A DNA stretch of 64,000 nt from Leucoraja erinacea (Eukaryota): contig NC_073398.1 in the NCBI RefSeq assembly GCF_028641065.1, forward strand, positions 28,334,001-28,398,000. The letters are read 5' to 3'. The translations under genes were made by a program, and so were the position numbers. Each line of letters starts with the position of its first letter. Positions within the stretch are counted from its first letter, which is position 1. Shown in pieces: positions 39,741 to 52,746 of this stretch. The notes under the pieces were generated by a model. It was given only the letters and a program-made list of their open reading frames with translations, searched no databases and was not told where the DNA came from.

Positions 39741-40832
39741 GAGATCTCTCTGTCTCCATCACAGGGGACAGACTACGGACTAACGTCCACTACAAACAAT
39801 TAGGTTAATTAGCCTTTGCAAATCACCCTTCGTGTAGAGAGTTGACGAGGAAGTGGAATAACATTGATCTGGCTTGAATAGGCGGTTAGTGGGATAAAGG
39901 GCCTGTTTCAATCAAATAGTTGTACCATAAACTTTCTGCACTTGCAGAGTTAATGAAAACAAGTATCCAATGTTCTTGTTTGATAATTTATTTAATTCTT
40001 CTATTTGGCTGAAGATGGTGCCTGACCCGGGACGTCGGCTTCACATGTTCTCCAGAAATAGTGTCTGACCCGCTGGGTTACTGAAGCACTTTATGCCTCT
40101 TTTTTGTAAAGTAGTTCCTTGTGGCAACAATTTATCTACATGTAGTTGGGGATCCTTACATATGGGCATTGAAGCCCGTCTGTTCCTCAATACTTACCAT
40201 TTACTGTGTATGGCCTTATCAGTCCTCCTAAAACATAAGACATATCCCCTAACATGGTGAATGCGGATGTGAAACGTCCACATCCTCACGTCGGGCACAC
40301 TGGTCTCGACGGGGCCCTAACTGAAACTGCCCGGACACAATGAACTCTACCGTAATGTGACCGGGTTAACAACTAAGTACACCGTTTTCAGGGCATGGTG
40401 CGGCGTGTGACCCAAGTACCCGGTAAAATGCTACCTCAGCCGTTGCAGAAATTATCCATGAGTTCTATTTTCTTAAATGTGAAAGAGGGTGGATCCGCAG
40501 AACTGCTTCCGTGTTGCCATTGCGCACACAAAATTAGCTATTTATTTATTTTGTACAGCGTTCTGCTGTAAACGAAAAAGTGTTTAACTTTGTGGAGGTG
40601 GCCGAGTTATTTATTTTTCAGGGGGTTTTAGTGTCCGAAAAAAACAAGGGGAGAGGCTCAATTCGATTAAAATAACGTGTGTATTTAGATCATCGTGGAT
40701 AAAAGCTGATAGCTCACTGTGTTGGAAGGAACTGCAGATGCTAATTTAAATCGAAGATAAGACACAAAATGCTGCAGTAACTCAGCGGGACAGACAGCAT
40801 CTCTGGAGAGAAGGAGTGGGTGACCTGACGGT

Positions 40833-40860
40833 CTGAAGAAGGGTCTCGACCCGAAACGTC
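40833..40860 (+). ncRNA. Minimal hammerhead ribozyme motif (Penelope-derived)
   Basis: Same 28-mer as 52719-52746. Confidence 0.55.
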
Positions 40861-41329
40861 TCCCGTTCCTTCTATCCAGAAATGCTACCTGTCCCACTGA
40901 GTTACTCCGGCATTTTGTGCCTCACTGTTGGTCCCGCCTTCACATTCACCGCCTCGACGTTTCAAGTTCAAGGGCGGGGAGGGTTGGCGAGAAATAGGAG
41001 CGGGGCACAAAGGGGGGGGATACGTCCATAGGCTCCAAGAGTTGTACGGGGCGGGCACAAGGGTTGACGAGGAAGAGATGACGGTGCGGGAAGGGAAGGG
41101 CGCAACAGATTTTATCGCGCTTCAGCCTGGTGTTCAGTAACGTGTGTTGTTTACCAGAGTATATGTTTCTCAGCAGAGTGATGCAAGAGGTGGAGACCAA
41201 AGACGGACGGGACCAATAGGATACGTCCATAGGCTCCACATCTAGCTTATAATGTCTCTGTGTGCTTGTGTTTGAAAACAAATTCATTGAAACGCAAAGA
41301 ACTACACACTGTGGCTGACGAAACAGACT

Positions 41330-42340
41330 CAAAGTGCCGGAGAAACTCGGCGAGTCGGGCGATAACTCTGGAGAACGTGGATGAGTGACTTTTTCAGTCA
41401 GGACTCTTCTTCAGGCGGATTGAAATGGGGGTAAAAGAAAGCAGGGAGCGAGGAGACGCTGGACGCAGTGTGGCAGGTGATGGGGAGACTCTGGCGATGG
41501 GGGTTTTTTTTTAAGCGTGGTAGAAAAGGAGGGCTATGGGGTAGGAGGGAGGCGGTGGTTTATAGGGGTTACCTAAAATTGGAGATTTAAATGCGCATAC
41601 AACTGGGTTGCAAGTTATCCAAGCAGAATGTGAGGTGTTGTCCCTTCAGTTTGTATGTGGCCTCGCTCTGGCAATGGTGGAGGTCTAGGAAAGAAAGGTC
41701 AGTGTGGGAATGGGAAGAGGTGAGGGGGAGGGAGGGGTTAAAATCAAAGATCTTAGAGCGAGGGTTAAAATGGTGAGACACCGGGAGATCCAGTAGGCCT
41801 TTGCTGTCCAAGCGCAAGTGTTCGGCAAAATGGTCATCGATTCTGGGCTTGCTCTTGGCAATATGCAGGAGGCCACGTTAGGAACACCAGATGCAGATGA
41901 CGAGGTTAGAGAAGGCGTACGTGAACCACTGTCTTACTTGGAAGCACTGCTGGGTGCCTGGATGGAGACGAGGTTGGATCGCCTGTGAATGTAGGTGCAA
42001 ATACCTGGGAATGGAGTGGATTGGGAGCGAAGGGATGAGTGAAGCATGAGTGAAGGAGATGCGAAGGAAGCGGATCTGTGGAAGGCAAAAAGAAGTGGAG
42101 ATGGGAAGATGTGAGTGATGGGATCATGTTGAAGGTGATGGAAATGTCGGAGAAAGACGTGTTGGATGCAGAGACTGGTGGGGTGGTTGTGAAAATCAGG
42201 GGAACTATCCTCGTGTTGGATTGCAAGAGTTTTAGGGAAGAGGGGTGGAAAAATAGTCTCTGATAACTCTCTGCCCCCAAATTCTATCTCTCCCCATTTC
42301 TTGATCTGTCTTCATAACAGGGGACAGACTATCGACTGAC
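41330..42340 (-). mobile_element. Penelope-like element (GIY-YIG C-terminus plus pLTR)
   Basis: LPVSHHFN...SHSHTDLS...CQSEATYKLKGQHLTFCLDNLQP. A related LEEQHL...LQPNGMNI occurs at 62410-62470. Confidence 0.8.
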
Positions 42341-42345
42341 ATATA

Positions 42346-43220
42346 GGGAGGTTTCACGGCAGTCGGGTCACGACCCATGACCCGTACAGTTGCTACGCTA
42401 CTCCAAATGGATTACACGCGATGTACTGCAGGTAGGCACTTACCATTGTTTCCAGCGTAGCGGGCCCGTTAAAACCCGCTGAAATTGTCAATTTTAGCGC
42501 TGTAAATAATTATGTTAATCGGGATAAGCGTGAGAGACATTTAGCCTACTTCAGAATTCCAAAAGTGAGGCGAAATGACGGTAGATAGAAACAAGAGCTG
42601 AAGGAACAACAACAGCCTGAGTGCTTGGCGAACATTGGCCGTTTGCTCACTGCATTTCATCAACGGTAAGGCATTATTTGTGTTTTTTCTTGATCCCTTT
42701 GGCATCTAAAAAGTTTCAGAAGTGATAAATCTGGCTGTAATTTTTTTTAATCGCCCATGGTTCTCGTGGGTTTTTACATACAAAATGAAAACGCATCTGA
42801 AGAAAAATTTACAGCCAGATTTATCACTTCTGAGAATTTTTAGATACCAAAGGAATCAAGGAAAAACACAAATGATGCCTTACTTGATGAAATGCAGTGA
42901 GCAAACGCGATAATTCCCAATATTTTCAATGTTTACCAAGCACTTTAGCTGCTGTTGTCCCTTCAGTTCTCGCTTCTCTTTACCTTCATTTCACTTCACG
43001 TTTGGAATTCTGAAGTTGGGTGCATGTCTCTCACACTTACCCCGACTCCCACAATTTTTTTCAGCGCAAAAATTCAACATTTTGGCGGTTTTTAACAGGT
43101 AGGAAAGTACTCGTTTCTAGCATTAATAACATATACCGGAAGTGACGGATGTCTTCCAGTTGGATTTAGCGGATCCGTGCGTCGTGCCCTATGACCCTTG
43201 CACCTTTCGTGCAACCTCCC
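42346..43220. mobile_element. Non-autonomous fold-back DNA transposon (MITE)
   Basis: TIRs GGGAGGTTTCACG / CGTGCAACCTCCC flanked by TA. Long internal inverted arms at about 42480-42760 and 42800-43095. Confidence 0.8.
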
Positions 43221-43384
43221 TATTACAATAAGGTTAATGGGGCTCTGTATATTACCCTTCTTGTGTAGGGAGTGGATGAGGAAATGTGACGAGTTAGAAC
43301 TGGTGTGCAATGGGCGATTAATGGTCAGCATGGAGTTGCGACAAAGTACTTGGTGCCGTTTTTTGTTTTCAACGAATCAATCAA

Positions 43385-44290
43385 ATAATTTGGATGATGG
43401 ATTTGATGGCAGTGGCCATGTTTATGGATGATACAAAGATATGTGGAGGAGTAGGCAGTATTGAAGCAAGGCGTTTGCAGAATGACTTAAGACAGGTTGG
43501 AAGAGCGGAAAAAAAGGGGCAGATGGAATACAGTGTAGCAAAGTGTGCGGACACGCACTTTGGTAGTAGGAATGAAGGTGTAGATTACTTTCTAAATGGG
43601 GATTCAGCAATTTGACGTTTAAATGGACTTGGAAGTGCTGGTGCACGATTCCTAAAGGGTTAATTTGCACGTTAAGTTGTTAGTAAAGGAAGGCAAATGC
43701 AATGTTAGCATTTATTTGGAGAGAACTGGAATATAAAAACAAGAATGGTAATGCTGAGGGTTTATAAGGCACTGCTCATACCGCATTTGGAATATTGTGA
43801 GCGGTTTTGGGCCTCGTATTGGCAGAGGGATGTGCTGGCATTGGAGAGGGTCCAGAGGAGGTTTACGAGAATGATCTTGGGGATGAATGGGTTAATATGT
43901 GATGAGCGATTGACGACCCTGGGCCTGTATTTGCTTGAGTTTATAAGGATGAGGGAGGGGCCTAATTGAAACGTACTGAATAGCGAAAAGCAAAGATATG
44001 CCTGCATAGAATGGATGTGGACAGGATATTTCCACTAATGGGGGAGTCTGGAACCAGACCTTAGAATAAAAATAAATATCTTTAGTCAGAGGGTGGTGAA
44101 TCTGGAATTCATTGTTACAGACGACTATGGAGGCTGTCATTGGGTATTTTAAAGCAGAAATTGGCATAAGGGTGTCAACGGTTACAGGGAGAAGGTTGGC
44201 GAATGGAATTGAAAGTGATAGATTAGCCAGCATTGAGTGGCGAAGTAGACTCGATGAGCCAAATGGTCTAATTCTGCTCCTATAATTTAT
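43385..44290 (+). mobile_element. CR1 LINE 3' part
   Basis: DDTKICG, YKAL..PHLEYC..FW and LERVQRRFTRM motifs, then a CR1 3' UTR. Confidence 0.88.
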
Positions 44291-46459
44291 AAACTTACGA
44301 ACTTCTAAATGGTTGTACGGCAACCTTTCTACCCTTGCAAAGCGAATGAAAACTAGTATCCAACGTGCTTGCTGGACAATTTTTCTAGTTATTCGACTTG
44401 AAGAAGGGTCCTGACCAGAGTGTGGTCTTTCCACATTCTCCAGAGATGCTGTCTGAGCCGCGGAATTACTCCAGCACTTTGTGTCACAACGTTTACAGTT
44501 CCTTGTGTCTATAATGTATCTACTTGTGTTGTTACAGTTGGGGATCCTTTATATTGGAAATGGCAAAGTCCACGTTTATGGCTACACACCTGGCTCGATT
44601 GTGCTCCACGGAAACTGCCCGAACAGTGAACTGTCTCAATGAGACCGAGTTAAGAACTTAGTGCACCATTGTCGGGGCAAGGTGCAGCGTGTGATCCGAG
44701 TGCCCGGAAAAAGGCTGCCTCGACCGTTGCAGAAATTGTCTATGAGACGCATTTTATGAAATTTGGCGGATCAGGACTTTTGAAACTCGTCCAAGAAAAA
44801 CAAGTGGGCGTGTCGCATATTTGGCGCTGTGTGCAAAGATCCTATAGCTGTTTGTTTCCTGGTTTCCTTTATTAACTTTGCACCACGTCCCGCTGCGAAA
44901 ATGAATCCTGTAGAGATGACCGCGATTTTTCAATATGAGGGTTTTAGTGTCCTGACAACCCAAAAGGAGAGGGGACAAATGCAACCCGAATAATGAGTGA
45001 GTGTGTTTCGGTTGACGTGGCATGAAACTGGTAGTTCGCTGCAAAGATCTATAAAATCTTTGGTTCGCTATTGGTTTCATATTCACGGCTCGAACATTCA
45101 AGGTTCAAGGGCGAGGAGGGTGAGCGGTGACGGATCAAAGGGGGGAGCGGGGCGAGGGGACGAGGGGCAAGGGTTTGGGGAGGAAGAGTTGCGCGGGACG
45201 GGCGGCAATGGGCAGGGAGGGAAAGGGGACGGGACAGCGGGGACTGTGCATGGAGAGGGGGTGGTACATGGGGAGAAGGACAGAGGGGAGGATGAGGAGC
45301 GAGTGGGGAAAGAGGGACGCGATGAAACTATATAGTAATATGCAACAGATTCCACAGACTGGTGTTTAGCGAGGCCGTGTTGTTTACCAGAACACTTTAC
45401 AAACTGCGCGACCCGATGAGTTGCTCCGGAAGTTTGTGTATTTTGCTTTGTAAAAACAGCATCTGCAGTTCCTTGTGTCAACAACTGTGCTGCTGCCGTT
45501 GGGTGATTGTGAAATGTGACCTCTAGATCCCTTTGTTTCTCAGTATTGGCTGTACCACCATTTACAGCATAGGGCATTGTCTGATACGTCCTCACAAAAC
45601 TTATCAACTAATATGGCGAATACAAATAAACATGTTTAATCCTCTCTTGCGACCTCGGGCTCCACACACGGTTGAGTCCTGCTCTTCCCCGCAACTTTCT
45701 ATAGGCGGGGCAGCAAAATGTCTGACTGTAAACAAGTTGTTTTCTGTCCGGACACAATAAACTTTACCGCAATGAGAGCGAGTTAACGACTTAGTACAGT
45801 GTTCGGGGATTGGTACAGCGTGTGTGACCCAATGATCCGCACTATGATCCGCCGACCACTGCATACATTTGTATACGAGTCGCATTTTATAAAAAAAGTT
45901 TGAGTGTTAGGCCGTTTGAAACTTGTCAGACAAGAAAAGCAAGAAAAGACAAGGAACTGCAGATGCCAGAGAAAGATACACGTAGTTTTGGAGTAACTCA
46001 GCGGGTCATGCAGCATTTCTGGAGAACATGGATAAACGAATCTTAAGAAGGGTCCCGAAACAAAACGTCGACCATCTATGTTCTCCAGAGAAGCTGCCTG
46101 ACCCCAGCCTTTTGTTCATTTATAACACTAATAAACAGGTGGAGTCGTTGAGGGTCTTTCGGTTTCGTTTCCGCACAGCCCCCTGCCGGGAATGACGGAT
46201 GTGGCCGAACTGAAGACGGTACCAGGCTCCGGACAACCCAAAGGGAGAGGATAAATGCGATCCAAATACTTTGTGAGTTTGTGTTTGGATAGTTCGCTGT
46301 TGGGTTCACCTTCGCATTCGCGCCCCGAACATTTCAAGTTCAAGGGCGAGGGAGGGCGGAGGGGGTAAAGCAAGAGAGGGACGTGGACGTGAGTGGGGGG
46401 GGGGGGGGGGGGAGGGAAGTAAAGGAGGTGAGCGGTGGGGGAGGGAGGGGGAAACCCGG

Positions 46460-46493
<34 letters not shown>

Positions 46494-47032
46494 GAAATAA
46501 GGGCTCAGGGAAGTGAATAATAGTCGCAATGAAATGAAACAATCTGGTCGACACAGCGATAGAGTTGCTGCCTCACAGCGCCGGAGACCCTAAAAATAAA
46601 ATAGAAGGCAAAGGATCCCACCGCGGACCAGCCTGGTGTACAGTGAGGTGTCACACAAAATGCTGGGGTTACTCAGCGGGACAGGTAGCATCTCTGGGGA
46701 GAAGGAATGGGTGACATTTGTGGTCGAGACACTTCTTCAGATTGAGAGTCAGGGGAGAGAGAGAGACTAGAGATATGTAGAGTAAAGTGTGAAATGCTAA
46801 ATGCATTTCGTTGTCTCTGTACTGTACACTGACAATGACAATTAAAATTGAATCTGAATCTGAATCTGAAAGCAACTTCCTTGAGGCGTGTTGTTTACCA
46901 GAACCCATTTATATTTCTCGGAAATGTTACTCAATTGGTTAGAGGTGGAGCTAATGGGCTGGACCAATAAGATACCAACCACCTCCTTCCCTCCCCCTCC
47001 CCCCCCCCCCCCCCCCCCCCCCCCCTCTGAGC

Positions 47033-48562
47033 CAAAGATCTTATAGCGGAGCAACATGGGTTACTCTCACGCAAACGTGAGGTCCGCTCATGGGCGGATT
47101 CATGGGTGATTATGATTTGTAGCAACCAGCCCCCGCCATCTTGTTCCGCCCAAAGATTGGATCCGCAGCGGGGGAGGGGAGAGTGGGGGGGGGGGGCAGC
47201 AGGGAGAGGGGGCATAGGAGGGGGGAGACATTGTAGTGTGGGGGCAGGCGAGAGAATGCCGGGGGGGTAAGGCCTAGTGTGTGTGAAGTTGCAGGGAGGT
47301 TTACAATGTTTCTTATTTACAATATTTCTTATTTAATGTCCCTTGTCTAGTCTGAAATAAAGTTCATCATTGAATCAGAAGAAATATAATTATGTGTGTT
47401 ATATGATATATATTTATATAATTTTCATGTATGTATGTTTATAAACATTTTATTCTTTAACAAGAATTAACAGAATTATGAACTAACAGATTATGAATCT
47501 AACCCTTTCTCACACACAAAAAGTCCCCCCCCTGTCAATTACCCTGCGAGTCGGGTCGGTTCCGGTTTGCTACAAAATCAACTCAAACACTGCTTGTGAG
47601 CCATTTAAAAAATAAATGATTTAAAAAAAATTCAAAAAGACAATTACCAGAGTCAAATTTTATTCTTGACAAGAAGTTTGAACTGGCAGATTTATGAATC
47701 TAACCGACACAAACTGTTGCCCCGCAACATTGATTACACTGTGAGTCGGGTCGGGTCAGGTAGGCTCAGGTTACTAAAATGGGCGGCGAAAAATGCCCAA
47801 GATCCTCCTCCATAGCGTACTACACGTCAGCCCATTGCATTTAGCAGGAGTAGCCTATCTTGCTCCGCTATAAGATCTTTGGCCGGGAGAGGGAGTGTGT
47901 AGGGGATTATAGGACTCATTTTAGCAACCAGTCCCCGGATCTTGTTCTGCCATTTTGCTTCTGGCCAGTGTGGGGCCCGGGGATAAAGCCTAGTGTGTGT
48001 GAAGTTGCGGGGAGGTTTACAATGTTTCTTATTTAATGTCCCTTGTCTAGTCTGAAATAAAGTTCATCATTGGATCAGAAGAAATATAATTGTGTGTGTT
48101 ATATGATTGTATACATTTATATCACATTCATGTAGGTGTGTTTATAAACATTTTATTCTTTAACAAGAATTAACAGAATTATGAATCTAACCCTATATCA
48201 CGCACAAAAACTTCCCCCGCAATGCCAATTACCCTGCGAGTCGGGTCGGTTCAGGTTACAAGAAAATCAACTCAAACACTGCTTGTGAGCCATTTAAAAA
48301 GAAATGATTTAAAATATATTAAAAAAGACAATTACCAGTCAAATTTTATTCTTGACAAGAAGTATGAACTGACAGAATGATGAATCTAACCCTATATCAC
48401 ACACACAAACTGTTAATTGATTACACTGCGAGTCGGGTCAGGTAGGCTCCGGTTACTAAAATGGGCGGGGAAAAATGCCCAGGATCCCCTCCGTAGCGTA
48501 CTACATGTCAGCCCATTGTATTTAGCAGGAGTAGCCTATCTTGCTCCGCTATAAGATCTTTG
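47033..48562. mobile_element. Non-autonomous hAT-like transposon with a tandemly duplicated right end
   Basis: TIR CAAAGATCTTATAGCGGAGCAA, with inverted copies ending at 47881 and 48562. Perfect 8-bp TSD CTCTGAGC (47025-47032, 48563-48570). Confidence 0.88.
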
Positions 48563-48959
48563 CTCTGAGCGACAGTGAGCAAGTGACGGCTCTGTGTGCT
48601 TGTGTTTCAAGATCAAGTCGTTGAGACACAAGGAACTGCAGATACTGATTTACAAAAAAAGAGAAAGAGTGATCTTGCATTAATGATCTTGACACAAAGA
48701 TAGATACTTGATTAGTACGGGTGTCAAGGGTTATGGGGAGAAGGCAGGAGATTGAGGTTCAAAGGGAGAGATAGATCAGCCATGGTGGAGTAGACTTAAT
48801 AGGCAGATTGGCCTAATCACATGACCTTATGATGGAGTAATTTAGCAGATTGAGCGCATCTCTGGAGAACATGGGTTAGTCTGAAGAAGGATCCCAACCT
48901 GAAATGTCACCAATGCTGCCTGACCCACTGAGTTACTCTAATACACCAGAATTATAGTC

Positions 48960-50210
48960 ATATGGTGTGCAAATGGGCCCAACCTGCCCATGTCCCAACA
49001 TGTCCCATCTAGATTAGTCTAACTTGCCTGCGTTTGTTTGGCCCATATCCATCTAAACCTGTCCTATCCACATACCAGTCTAATTGCTCCTTAAACATTG
49101 CTATAATCCTTGCCTCTACCATCTCCTCCAGCTGTTTGTTGCATACACCCAGCACCCCTTGCCTGAAAATGTTATCCCTCAGATTCCTATAAAATCTTTT
49201 CCCCTTCACCTTAAAACTATACCCTTTGATTTGCGATTTCCCCCACCCTGGGCTAGAAACTCTGTGTGTCCACCTGATGTATTCCTCTCATGATTTTATA
49301 CACCTCTATAAGATCACTCCTCGTCATCCTGCTCTCCAGGTAATTGAGTCCCTGACTGCTCAATCTCTCCCAACAGCTCAGATTCTCGAGTCCTGGCCAC
49401 ATTCTTGTAAATCTTCTCTGCACCCTTTCCAACTAAACATATTTTCTATAACACGGTGCCCAGGACTGAATGCAATCCTCTAAATGTGGTCTCACTGACA
49501 TCTTGTATAATTGCAATATGATCTCCCAGGTTCTATACTCAATACTCTGACTGATGAAGGCCAATTTTCCAAAAGCCTTTTTGATCACATTGATGCTACT
49601 TTCAAGGAATGATGTACCTGCACATAGATCCCTCTGCTCTACAGCAATTCACAGAGCCCGACCATTCATCCTGTAGGTCTTACCTGTATTAAACTTTCCA
49701 AAATACAACAACTGAATTTTTTTCTGTATTAAATTCCATCAACCATTTCTGAGCCCACCAGGCCAACAGATCAAGATCCTGCTGCAATTATTGACAACCA
49801 TCTTCACTATCTGCAATACCACCCACTTTTGTATCATCTGCAAATGTGTTAATCTTGCCATGTACACAGTGGCAGACTGGCCAGGGTGTCAGCTTGCCCG
49901 ATGGCAAGTGGGCCCCTGATGAAGTGGGCCCCCTATATCAAGTGGGCCCCCTTTGTCTCCTGACAACCAATATTTTTAGACCCAGTCCGCCACTGCATGT
50001 ATATACTCGTGCAAATCATTGAAATAGGTACCAAATAGTAATGGGTCCAGCACCGAACCCTGAAGCACACTACTAGTCACAGACCTCCAGTCCAAGAAGC
50101 AGCCTTCCACCATCACCCTCTGCTCCTTCCAAGAAGCTAATTTTCTATCCATTCAATTATCTCTCCATGGATCCAATGTGATTTAACCTTCCAGAGCAGC
50201 CTACCATGTG
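48960..50210 (-). mobile_element. CR1 LINE fragment
   Basis: Reverse complement of CR1 RT and 3' end (FADD.KV, LQQDLD motifs). Confidence 0.8.
49867..49995. mobile_element. 129-bp hAT-like MITE nested in CR1
   Basis: TIRs CAGTGGC(A/G)GACTGG, 8-bp TSD CATGTACA / CATGTATA. Confidence 0.8.
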
Positions 50211-50520
50211 GTATTGGCTCATGCAAGTCATTGAGTATTGACATGCACTGAAGCACATGAGATCATCGGTCTTAGGATCACAATCCACAGGTCAAGGGTC
50301 CAGTGTTAGCCCAGCCGTGTCAACAGCAGTGCCCTCTGACAATAAAGGTCAACCCTGTGACCCTGGAGGATGTGGACCATTTATTATTTATTTGGAGCCG
50401 TCTTCTGATGAAATTTTGTATCAACTTGGTTTGTTATCCATCGCTCCCGAGGCACTGTTCCTGAAGATTTGGAGAAGATGCTTAAAAAAATAACTTGTTC
50501 TATTTTTAATCTTCAAGGCA

Positions 50521-50575
50521 ATGGATTGTACGTTGAGAAAGATGCTGTTGTCATTGCTGCTGTTCCCTAGCTTGG
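50521..50575 (+). CDS. IgV-TM-NACHT-LRR receptor, signal-peptide exon
   Basis: MDCTLRKMLLSLLLFPSL with phase-1 donor G|GTGAGT. An AG acceptor at 50516-50517 implies an upstream non-coding exon. Confidence 0.8.
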
Positions 50576-51274
50576 GTGAGTGTTCATCTGAATGGAGAGA
50601 TTGTGTACATTTGTCATCCACTAACTGGCTGCTTCTCACAAGTTATGAATCTGATCTTAGAGGCAATTAAGTTTTCTGTTTCATTCATTGCCTAATTTAA
50701 GATTGAAGAGTAAACCCTTTGCTCAACAATATAACAAAGATGCTCACACAATTTTTCTTTCATTGCTTATTTGCCTATTGAGGTGACATTATTCTCCTGC
50801 TTTTACCTTAATTTCAATCCTTTTTCCCTTCATTTCATTTTGTAACTAAAGTAATATCTTGTAAAGTGTGATAGAGTCAGTCGATGTGGAAACATGTCAG
50901 TGGATTGGATTTGTGGCATGCTGATATCTATAGCATACCACAGCCAGAGAGCAGTGCTGAACTACTATCTACCTCTTTGGTGACTCTCAGACTTTCCTTG
51001 TTCGGACTTTGCTGGCTTTACCTTGCACTAAACATTATTCCCTTGTCCAGCACTGTAATACACTGTAAATAAACTGTACACTGCCTGGCTCAATTGTTAT
51101 CATGTATTGTCTTTCTATTGACTGGATAGCACGTAACAAAAGTATTTCACTGTGCCTCGGTGCATGTGTCAATAAACTAAACAACTCTGTTGGAGCACAG
51201 GAAGTTTGGAGGTAGATGACTCCAACTTTATCTGCAAGTTAACGCATGCATTTTCATTTCCTCTATTTTCCCAG

Positions 51275-51622
51275 CTGAAGGATCTTTCTCTCGATCCTTT
51301 GGGATGTTGAATAGAGACATCCTGTTGCCCTGCGCCTTCCATGCTTCATCTAATTTCAATCTGAAAAATCTCATCATCACATGGCAGCGGACAGGCAGTC
51401 TCGCCGTGGTTTACAGTTTCTATTCTGGAACAATCCATCCGGAGCATCAGGACAAAGCATTCCTGGACCGCACTCAACTATTTCTCTCCGAATTCACCAA
51501 AGGGAATGCGAGCCTGAAATTGGAAAGAATGTTGTTATCTGATGTGGGAAACTACAGTTGTTTTGTAACTGTAGATGATGGAATGCCACACATTGAGAAC
51601 GTGGTGGAACTAAAATTAAATG
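51275..51622 (+). CDS. IgV-TM-NACHT-LRR receptor, B7/butyrophilin-family IgV exon
   Basis: DILLPCAF...LIITWQR...VVYSFYSG...QDKAFLDRTQLFLSEFTKGNASLKL...DVGNYSCFV carries B7-H3/B7-H4/HHLA2/BTN-type motifs. 348 nt, phase 1/1. Confidence 0.93.
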
Positions 51623-51689
51623 GTGAGTGCATCTTGTGACAGATAGATCGATGTTTTGTTGTGTACATTTCATAGAATTGTAAAGCACA

Positions 51690-52370
51690 GAAAGGGAATC
51701 TTTTGGCCGTCTCATACCAATGCTATTCTCTGCAAATCCCATTTGTCTGCATTAGACCAGTGTCTTTCCCATCCAAGTACCTTTCCAAATGTCTTTCAAA
51801 CATTGTCATAGTATCACTTTCTACTACTTCCTCTGGAAGCTCATCCCAGATATTGTCATCCTGTGTGAAAACATTCTCATCAGATCTCTTTTAAAAGTCT
51901 CTCCTCTCACCTTGAACCTGGTCTTTGTCTCGACCCGCAATCTTATCTGTCCATTTCCCTCCGTGGATGTCGAGTTTCTCCTGCATTTTTGTATTTTGAT
52001 CAAGATTCCAGCACCTGTCACAACTTGCATCCCCATTAAACCTGTGCCTTCTAGTTCTGGCTCCCTGCGGAAAAAGACTCTGACTATATCCCATTGATAT
52101 CCAATTTAAACTGGTAGAGGCAGAATCCCCGGTTGTCTGGCATTCCAGTGAGTGAAAAACCAGCCTTTCCATTTTCTCATTATAATTACAGTCCACTATT
52201 CTGGGCGACATGTGCTGAATATCTTGTGAATGCTTTTACAATAACACTTCCTGTAACGTGACAACTGGAACGGCACTCAGTATTCCAAATGCAGTGTAAG
52301 CAGTGTTTAGTACAGCTCCAACATGATGTTCCAACTCTTGCAGTCATTGCCCTGGCCTATGAAAGCAAAG
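51690..52370 (-). mobile_element. CR1 LINE 3' fragment in the IgV-TM intron
   Basis: ERL..HSLEC, RTR.HRF and FKVRGE.FKRD motifs on the minus strand. Confidence 0.75.
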
Positions 52371-52718
52371 GGACCATCCGATTTGTGTTTTGCTATCTCT
52401 GGTGATAGGATTGGAAGTGCAAGTGAATAAGTGCCTCATCTAGGAAGTCTGTATCCCTGGACAGTGGGAAGGGAAGAGATGAAAAAGCAGGTTTTGCAAC
52501 TTCTGCGATTGCATGAGAGAGTTTCCCAATCTTGGGAGCGATTGATAATACAGAAGACCGGACCAGGGCAATAGATATAATGTAAAACAGTGCAGCACAG
52601 GAACAGGATATTCGGCCTGCAAGGTCCACGCCAAACATGATGTCAGGTTAAAATAACTGCCCTCTGCCTGCACTCAAACTTTCTTCAAAATGCTGAAAAG
52701 GGAGGAGAGGAAAGTAGT

Positions 52719-52746
52719 CTGAAGAAGGGTCTCGACCCGAAACGTC
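52719..52746 (+). ncRNA. Minimal type-I hammerhead ribozyme motif in a Penelope pLTR-derived repeat
   Basis: CTGAAGA-A-GGGTCTCGACCC-GAAACGTC: CUGANGA core, stem II, GAAA, palindromic ACGU in place of stem III, GUC cleavage triplet. Confidence 0.6.
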
